DNA of 64,000 bases from a phage. The stretch's first letter is position 1. The number at the start of each line of letters is the position of its first letter. Under the pieces are notes generated by a model. The model worked only from the letters and a program-made list of their open reading frames with translations. It had not been told where the DNA came from and ran no database searches. Below are positions 57,775-64,000 of the stretch, piece after piece. The DNA is taken from sequence record NC_042307.1; one strand, written 5' to 3'. A program made the translations under genes and the position numbers.

Positions 57775-58509
57775 TTATGCAACTTTTAGTTTCTCAATAT
57801 ATTGTTGCGGGCTGCAACTATATTCTGCGCGTTCTTCCTCGGTCATACCTTCCCAACATAATTGCAGGCGGTCGGCTAGGAACTGATAATCATTATCATC
57901 CTCAAGAGATTCATCAATAAAGGTTTCACCTATCAATGTAACCCCAATCGATAGAATATCGTTTATAGCTTGCGCGTCCAGCGTTTTAAACCCATATGAT
58001 GCCGCCGCCGCCAATACTCCTTTATGATCGTCGATCATCGTGAAATCAGCGTTCGGATATAGTTGTTTAAATAACTCAAAGTAATGGCTTTTATAAATAG
58101 CGTCCTTACTGTGGTATATTTCGCTAACCTTATCAGCCTCAAAATATTTGTGTAGTGTATCGCGGGAAAATACACGGATATTACTATCACCACGACCGCG
58201 CAACCCTTGTTTACGCAAATAATAATAGTCCGACTTGCTCATTAGTCGAGCGGTGCAAATAATGTTTAAAGTATTTGCGTCATTCATGCACTGGCGCATA
58301 TATTCAACTAATGGTAATAATGAATCCTGCATTATTAAATGATGTTTACACGCTTCATTTTTATACTTATTTAAATCTAAATTCCCGTTATCATCAAAGC
58401 AAGGCGCTACACGATGGAAAGAATTTATAATCGTTCCGTCTAAATCCCAAATCATAACGCGGGAAATATGCGGGAAAGCGCGGGTAATATTCATATTGAC
58501 TTTATTCAT
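57775..58509 (-). CDS. dmp: HAD-family 5'-deoxyribonucleotidase (T5 Dmp-like)
   Basis: 244 aa; HAD motif I VMIWDLDGTIINSF; size and location next to A1-like gene match T5 pre-early dmp by recollection. Confidence 0.6.
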   Translation of the reverse strand: MNKVNMNITRAFPHISRVMIWDLDGTIINSFHRVAPCFDDNGNLDLNKYKNEACKHHLIMQDSLLPLVEYMRQCMNDANTLNIICTARLMSKSDYYYLRKQGLRGRGDSNIRVFSRDTLHKYFEADKVSEIYHSKDAIYKSHYFELFKQLYPNADFTMIDDHKGVLAAAASYGFKTLDAQAINDILSIGVTLIGETFIDESLEDDNDYQFLADRLQLCWEGMTEEERAEYSCSPQQYIEKLKVA

Positions 58510-58589
58510 TTTGTTACGTTCTCCATTTAAGGGATTAGATTAATTCAGCATTACCCGCTATTTATAAGCGGGTAATAATAAATTAACTA

Positions 58590-58982
58590 TTAAAGACCAT
58601 AAGCCAACGCATCAGCGATAAAACTAACATCTTCACCCGATACACTGGAACGAATCCCCGCACAAGTATATACTTTTGCGCTGATCAATTGATCATCAAG
58701 ACAAGCGGGGCAAGGCGCGACAACTGCAAAGGCTAGGCCGGATTTTACGGCGTCGATGATAATCGTTTCTTGTTTCACCGTGTCAACATAAACGCCTGCG
58801 GCCTTAATGTAACTACTTGCGCGGCCTTGCGTATAGGCAAAGGTAGTAACCTGCAAAGCGTCATTAAAGTCTAGTAGTTCATCAATAACGTGCCCTGCCT
58901 CAACGTGATACCGCTCACCATTAGAATAAACCAGAACAATTGAGGACTGAGCGCGATCGAATGGAATATTTTGCTTTTTCAT
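58590..58982 (-). CDS. hypothetical pre-early-module protein
   Basis: 130-aa ORF with GC-richer codon usage. Confidence 0.5.
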   Translation of the reverse strand: MKKQNIPFDRAQSSIVLVYSNGERYHVEAGHVIDELLDFNDALQVTTFAYTQGRASSYIKAAGVYVDTVKQETIIIDAVKSGLAFAVVAPCPACLDDQLISAKVYTCAGIRSSVSGEDVSFIADALAYGL

Positions 58983-59003
58983 ATTTATATAACTCCAATT
59001 AAT

Positions 59004-59513
59004 TTAATAAGGGATATTAAATTCTTTACACTTTGATTTAACCCATTCTAAAAGAATAGATAAATCATAATTGCCTTTTGAAACATATTTATTTGTTATA
59101 GGGTTTTTAATTTTTGCCCTGTAATATTCTCCCGCTATGGGATCAACTTTATCAAGATAAATATATTTCGGTAGTTTATTACGCCTTTTATAATCACTCT
59201 TATTTGTCATATTAACAGCATGAGTAACTAGGCGTAAATTATTTATATCGTTGTTAACGGGGTAAGAAATTATTTTATGATCTATATCTAAATCAGGGTT
59301 AATTTCTTTATTAAATAAAACCCAAATTAAACGATGAGCTTTATATAATTCACCATTAATCATTACATCATAATAGCCTGTCTGATTTAATGTTCCCGCT
59401 ACACTTCCAGCTTTCACACCGGGCTTACTTATTTTCCATCGTAAAAATGATGGGCTAGATTCATCATAATAAACATTCTCGTTAACTTCATTAAAATCTA
59501 TTTCTTTTGCCAT
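59004..59513 (-). CDS. HNH homing endonuclease
   Basis: YKAHRLIWVLF...DIDHKI...INNLRLVTHAVN HNH motif; C-terminus homologous to decayed copy at 63500..63960. Confidence 0.7.
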   Translation of the reverse strand: MAKEIDFNEVNENVYYDESSPSFLRWKISKPGVKAGSVAGTLNQTGYYDVMINGELYKAHRLIWVLFNKEINPDLDIDHKIISYPVNNDINNLRLVTHAVNMTNKSDYKRRNKLPKYIYLDKVDPIAGEYYRAKIKNPITNKYVSKGNYDLSILLEWVKSKCKEFNIPY

Positions 59514-59583
59514 TTATAATCCTCCAATTAATATTGTCTCACTAATTGGAGGATTTAGGCAAATAAGATTTTAATTTATTGGC

Positions 59584-61308
59584 TTACTGTACAAAAAATT
59601 TACCGTTTTTAAAGTCGATCAAAGTACGTTGCCCGTTTGCATAGGTAATTAAATGCGTTTGCGTCCAGCTTGACGCGCCCACGTTGTAGCCCATATCAAG
59701 CGACCCCGCCACGCCAGCGGTATAAACGCCGCCGTAAATGCTAGCCGTATGAGTATGACCAGTGTTAAGGCGTCCCAACTTTTTAAACTGCTTAGGATTG
59801 CCCCGACTGCCGTTAATGCCATTGTGACCGTGTACGCCGCATTCAATGCCAGCGATTTTAAATGATTGGTCTGTCGTCAGGAAAATAGCGTTAAATTCGC
59901 AACCTGCGACATTACGCAAGGCGTAATCTAGAACGTTAAAGGTATCATCCTTTTCAGCAATAGCGGCGTAAATCGCAGCGTTTAGACGGTGATACAATTC
60001 CGCGTTTGCGGGATCGTCTTTAATGTTTGCGTTACGATCATCTAGCCAGCGTGAAAGAGCTAAATCATGGTTAGATTCCACAATGATTGTTTGAGAGAAA
60101 TCACGCTCCATAGACTCTAAAACGCGTCCAGTATCGATAAGATCATCTAGAACCTTGTCACGTCCGGCGGCGTACTGTTTAGCAAGGAATACACCACTTG
60201 CGCGGTTATGATGATTGCGCGATGTAAAATCATGCACATCATGAATAAACTGATATTTCGGTTTAAGAATATCAAGCAAGCTGTTTTCACTAGCCCATGA
60301 TGCAACGGCGCAATCATCATCTAATTTTTCGGCGTGAATATCGCCATATTGCAAGCCTAGAACATGATCGGATGTTTCAAAACATCCGGTAGGCATAGCG
60401 CAAACATTCAAATCGTAGAACATGCCGCTTTCGTCCATTGTTTCAAGCTGGCGGCAATAAAATTCTCCGTCGTCGTCAAATTCTACTAGCAAAGCGCCGA
60501 AATTATGTAAAGCCTCGGCTTTTTGACCTGCTTTCTGCTGAATGTAGTTTTTAAGCGTAGCCGTTCCGGTTGAATACATACGGCGCACTACTTCACCTTT
60601 TAACGCTGGCACACTTTCAGCGGTGATTTTAGCATGACCGATTGCCAAACCTTCGATATTTAAAGCCGTGGCGGTTTCTGCGAATCCTGAAAGCGGATAA
60701 TCTGCCGTTGGTAAAACGTTAATTTCAGCCATGAAAGCGAAACGGCGGTTATTTAAAAACACGTTTTTGCTGCAAATATATTTGTCAAATGCAGAATCAT
60801 ATTTGATTCCGTCGGCGCCCTCGCCATTTTGAAAACCGTTTTTATTATAAATATATTTTGAAACGAGCAAATCAGCGCCGATAAACTGGGCATATTGTTC
60901 AAGCGCGGCCAAAAAGTTTTTATGCGGGAACGTATTATTCTGAATCGACGTAATAATGAAGCGGTTGCCCTGCTTTACTTCCCAGCTTTCTACCGTGCTA
61001 GAAATAACTCCAGCGGCTTCAGGGCGTTCGTCGTTTTTGATAGCTTTTACAGCTTTCGCCGTTTTTGGTTTCGCTGGTTTATTTGCTTCCAACCAATCAC
61101 AAATAGCGGTGGAATGTTTTGCAGTATCGTAAACCATTTTTGAGATGTCGTCGCATACTTCCAGCTTAGTAGCGCGCAGACGTTTACCGTAGAAATTGAA
61201 ATCAGCGGCAAGGTTGAGGATCTGGGTTTGTTTTTCTGCGGAAATAACCATAGTAATAAACTCCATTAAAGGGATTAAAAAACGTTTGTTATTGGCAAAT
61301 ATTGCCAA
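59584..61308 (-). CDS. A1-like pre-early protein with calcineurin-like metallophosphoesterase motifs
   Basis: 574 aa; motifs GDIHAE, SNHDLA, GVHGHNG, NTGHTH in the order expected for metallophosphatase active site. Confidence 0.6.
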   Translation of the reverse strand: MAIFANNKRFLIPLMEFITMVISAEKQTQILNLAADFNFYGKRLRATKLEVCDDISKMVYDTAKHSTAICDWLEANKPAKPKTAKAVKAIKNDERPEAAGVISSTVESWEVKQGNRFIITSIQNNTFPHKNFLAALEQYAQFIGADLLVSKYIYNKNGFQNGEGADGIKYDSAFDKYICSKNVFLNNRRFAFMAEINVLPTADYPLSGFAETATALNIEGLAIGHAKITAESVPALKGEVVRRMYSTGTATLKNYIQQKAGQKAEALHNFGALLVEFDDDGEFYCRQLETMDESGMFYDLNVCAMPTGCFETSDHVLGLQYGDIHAEKLDDDCAVASWASENSLLDILKPKYQFIHDVHDFTSRNHHNRASGVFLAKQYAAGRDKVLDDLIDTGRVLESMERDFSQTIIVESNHDLALSRWLDDRNANIKDDPANAELYHRLNAAIYAAIAEKDDTFNVLDYALRNVAGCEFNAIFLTTDQSFKIAGIECGVHGHNGINGSRGNPKQFKKLGRLNTGHTHTASIYGGVYTAGVAGSLDMGYNVGASSWTQTHLITYANGQRTLIDFKNGKFFVQ

Positions 61309-61348
61309 ATATAACGCCGTTTATTTACAGCGTTATAATTTGCAACAT

Positions 61349-61546
61349 TTAACTAATTGGCATTAGGCTAGAACTAACACCACAAACAACGGCGGCAATA
61401 AAACAAAGTAAGCCCAAACGCTTAGCTAATTTAGATTTACGTTTAAAATAATATGAATCTAAATCATTTTGAAAATAAGCAAACAATAATGAGGCCGCCA
61501 TAATAAATAAGCCTAGAATTAAAGATTCAGTAGGAAAGAAAATCAT
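61349..61546 (-). CDS. small membrane protein
   Basis: 65 aa with two hydrophobic segments. Confidence 0.4.
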   Translation of the reverse strand: MIFFPTESLILGLFIMAASLLFAYFQNDLDSYYFKRKSKLAKRLGLLCFIAAVVCGVSSSLMPIS

Positions 61547-61635
61547 TTTTAAAACTCCTGATTTAAGGGAAGAAAATAACTATCGCTAAACAGTTATATT
61601 ATTGCCCTCCCACTAGGAAGGGCAAGGTATAACTA

Positions 61636-62052
61636 TTATTCACCTGCGGCTTGTTTTACTTCATCGGCAACGCCTAACAGTTGCGCCACGGCGTCCAGCG
61701 TTTCCAATTTTGCACTTTCCAGTGATGCCAAATCGTCGGCGTCTTTGATAATGCCTGAATCGATGGCATGTTTTGCAATAACACGCACATAATGCGCTTT
61801 ACGGATGGAACTACCGCCGCCAACTTTACGCGGTTTATCACTTTTCTGGTACGCTTTTGCGCTTGTCAGTTTAGAACGTACAGAAACAGGGCTTGCAGCG
61901 CCAACGGCGGCGGCAATTTCTTTCAGGCCGTCACTGTTAGCAAATTCAATTCCGCTTTTAGCGACCATTTCAGAATACATAGAAACAGCCTTTTCGGTGT
62001 TTTCTTCGTTCCAAGAGAATTTTGCGGTTTTTTCGGTTTTAACGTTAGACAT
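61636..62052 (-). CDS. hypothetical pre-early-module protein
   Basis: 138-aa ORF, GC-richer codon usage; upstream AT-rich intergenic region. Confidence 0.55.
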   Translation of the reverse strand: MSNVKTEKTAKFSWNEENTEKAVSMYSEMVAKSGIEFANSDGLKEIAAAVGAASPVSVRSKLTSAKAYQKSDKPRKVGGGSSIRKAHYVRVIAKHAIDSGIIKDADDLASLESAKLETLDAVAQLLGVADEVKQAAGE

Positions 62053-62111
62053 AATTTAATACTCCATTCAATTATTAATTAAGGGATTATGATTAACTAA
62101 ATGTTAATCGC

Positions 62112-62138
62112 TATATATTCTATTAGCTAGAATATATA
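62112..62138. repeat. AT-rich perfect 10-bp inverted repeat (tatatattct / agaatatata, 7-nt spacer)
   Basis: Located in the 285-bp AT-rich intergenic region upstream of the 61636..62052 gene; operator/terminator-like. Confidence 0.5.
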
Positions 62139-62338
62139 ACGGAAACATTTTATTTTTATTTCCAGTTTCAAGCGGTTTATTAATTCCCGAATATATTTAT
62201 ATTCTCACCTTATCCGGCTTGCCAGAGAATTAATAAGGCAACATTGTATTTATACGCTGTTTATTATTCCGTTCACGCTAGGAATATTTCGAGTTATCTT
62301 TATTGCCTAACTAAGCATGATATGTAAGGCGCATTAAT

Positions 62339-62590
62339 TTATGCGATAGCTTGCCATTTATCATCTTTCTGAATGATTTTTACAACGTCGCCAGATTTAA
62401 CACGGACGTTATAAATAGGCTTGCCGTGGTTACTGCGTTCCGTTTCCGCATAGACCGCTTCAATCTTATCAAAGGGATCAAGCGCCGCACCTTTAATACG
62501 TTCGGCTTTTCCGGTTAATTCATCCGTTTTAGTTACAAAAGGAATGAATACAGATTGACCTACTTTCGGCGCGGTAATAACGTTTTGCAT
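62339..62590 (-). CDS. hypothetical protein
   Basis: 83-aa ORF. Confidence 0.5.
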   Translation of the reverse strand: MQNVITAPKVGQSVFIPFVTKTDELTGKAERIKGAALDPFDKIEAVYAETERSNHGKPIYNVRVKSGDVVKIIQKDDKWQAIA

Positions 62591-62754
62591 TTTTAATACT
62601 CCGGTTTATTGGGGATTATTCCACAATAGCGCCTCGATACTTTGAAACGCTATTAGATTATAATCCGCTAGGAGTTAGCCTAAACATTACCGTTATCCAA
62701 ATTGTTAAAGAGCAGTTACTACGGGGAACATCTTAAAACCTATCGGCTAGCGTG

Positions 62755-62973
62755 TCAAGCGTTTTTTAAACTTTTTTCGATTTGATGTGAGTTATATAAA
62801 TCAATCATTATATTACGCCACACCATTTCCAGACCTTGCTGCTTACCTTTCTTGTATTGCTTGAATCTGTATTTTACAGATCTTTGCGCTACTGTCAACA
62901 AATTTTTTGTTCTGCTATCCAGTGGGCTAGCAGGTTTTGCACTAATCACTAAAGCGTTTTTTGATTTGATCAT
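62755..62973 (-). CDS. hypothetical basic protein
   Basis: 72-aa Lys/Arg-rich ORF. Confidence 0.4.
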   Translation of the reverse strand: MIKSKNALVISAKPASPLDSRTKNLLTVAQRSVKYRFKQYKKGKQQGLEMVWRNIMIDLYNSHQIEKSLKNA

Positions 62974-63431
62974 TATCGTCGATTCCTTATAATGTATAAG
63001 TTTACCGCCGATAGGCTTTAAGATGTTCCCTAGTTTTTAAAGAGCATGGCGGTAAACTTCCCCGCCGTTGTAGTCTGGCCTTTCGTTTCCGTCTTGCCGT
63101 CCTACGAGATAAATAATAGGTTATTCCCGAAAATGGCGCAAGCGTATTTTTGTAAAGAAACGTAAAGAAAACCACTACCCGCAAACGTCCAGCGACTGCC
63201 TAAAATTTAATGAAACGGGCGCGAATACCATAAAACCTAGCAGGTTGGCAAGTAATTTTTTCATTTATATCTGCTCTAGGGTACTTGATTTTTCTAGAAT
63301 CCATCAGGTGAGGCGATCGGCATAGTGGCAATGCACTTGCCTAGCTTTTCCTTTGAGGCGCTTAGAATGCGTTCTAGACGCCTTAAATTGGACTTAACAA
63401 ATATTTAACAAAAGCAAAAATGAAATAAATA

Positions 63432-63464
63432 CGAAAAACCCCTTGACTTATAAAAATCAAGGGG
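63432..63464 (-). terminator. rho-independent terminator downstream of decayed HNH gene
   Basis: ccccttga-N10-tcaagggg hairpin followed on minus strand by ttttt. Confidence 0.6.
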
Positions 63465-63499
63465 CATTGCGTTAATTTATTAAATAAAATATTTGACTT

Positions 63500-63960
63500 T
63501 TAAATATTATACTGAATGCCATGCTCTGCACATTTTTTGATCACCCAATCTAGTAACGTAGGTAAATCATAACCAGACTTACTAATGCGCCGCTTACTAT
63601 TAGGAATCCTAATTTGAGCCAGCAAATAATCACGTCCGTTACTATCACGCTTGCCATTACTACTACGATAAATAAAACGAGGTAAATCATTATCACGCTT
63701 ACTATTAACACGATTATTATTATTCTGCATATGATCAACTAAACGTAAGTTTTTAATGTTATTATTTAGCCGGTTATTATCTATATGATCAATTAATAAG
63801 GCGCTATCTATTTCACCATTGAAATATTACCCATATGATTCGAATTCCACTGTAAACAGCGGTAACCATAACCCTAAGGGCATAATAACCAACTGGTAAT
63901 TAATACATTCCCGGCCAATTTTTAACGCGGCCTTTTTAATTTTCCTCCGCGGGTTATTTT
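63500..63960 (-). pseudogene. decayed HNH homing endonuclease paralog (multiple frameshifts/stop)
   Basis: Track ORF 63500..63730 is only the C-terminus (SGYDLPTLLDWVIKKCAEHGIQYNI, cf. NYDLSILLEWVKSKCKEFNIPY of 59004..59513); HNH core (IDHIDNNRLNNNIKNLRLVDH) continues upstream without Met; GYYALRVMVTAVYSGIRIIWVIF lies in another frame ending in a stop. Confidence 0.6.
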
Positions 63961-64000
63961 TCCCACTCTTAAAAAAAATGTATTGGCGGAATGCACTCCC

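Noticed and set aside
63470-63500. Plus-strand promoter-like ttgact / tatact hexamers
   Set aside because: Spacing between the hexamers is about 9 bp, incompatible with a sigma70 promoter.

Overview
This window reads as a contiguous segment of a T5-like virulent siphophage genome (Demerecviridae/Tequintavirus-like); family assignment rests on motifs, gene order and protein sizes recalled from memory, not on a database search. Plus strand, 1-29.3 kb: early replication and nucleotide-metabolism module (nrdD, sirtuin-like protein, HAD phosphatase, putative primase-helicase/origin-binding protein, NAD-dependent DNA ligase split into two ORFs, DnaB-like helicase, primase, family-A DNA polymerase, SF2 helicase, Mre11/Rad50-like pair, Hjc-like resolvase, flap endonuclease, dUTPase), interspersed with HNH homing endonuclease genes and sigma70-type promoters matching the T5 PN25 pattern. 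Minus strand, 29.8-56.2 kb: late structural module (L-shaped tail fiber with C-terminal intramolecular chaperone domain, baseplate and tape-measure proteins, tail tube, major capsid, protease, decoration, portal, terminase, putative receptor-binding protein). From 56.3 kb: a short plus-strand early-promoter-driven cassette (frameshifted HNH gene, three small membrane proteins), then a more GC/CpG-rich minus-strand pre-early-like module (dmp-like nucleotidase, A1-like metallophosphoesterase, HNH gene plus a decayed HNH copy). No tRNA, rRNA or CRISPR array was found. Most notable: an in-frame TAG inside a Gly-rich late gene, two candidate +1 frame transitions (tail chaperone pair; small early gene), a Zn-ribbon-less sirtuin, a split ligase, and many intact and decaying HNH genes. 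All coordinates and frames were derived by hand from the sequence and ORF track.
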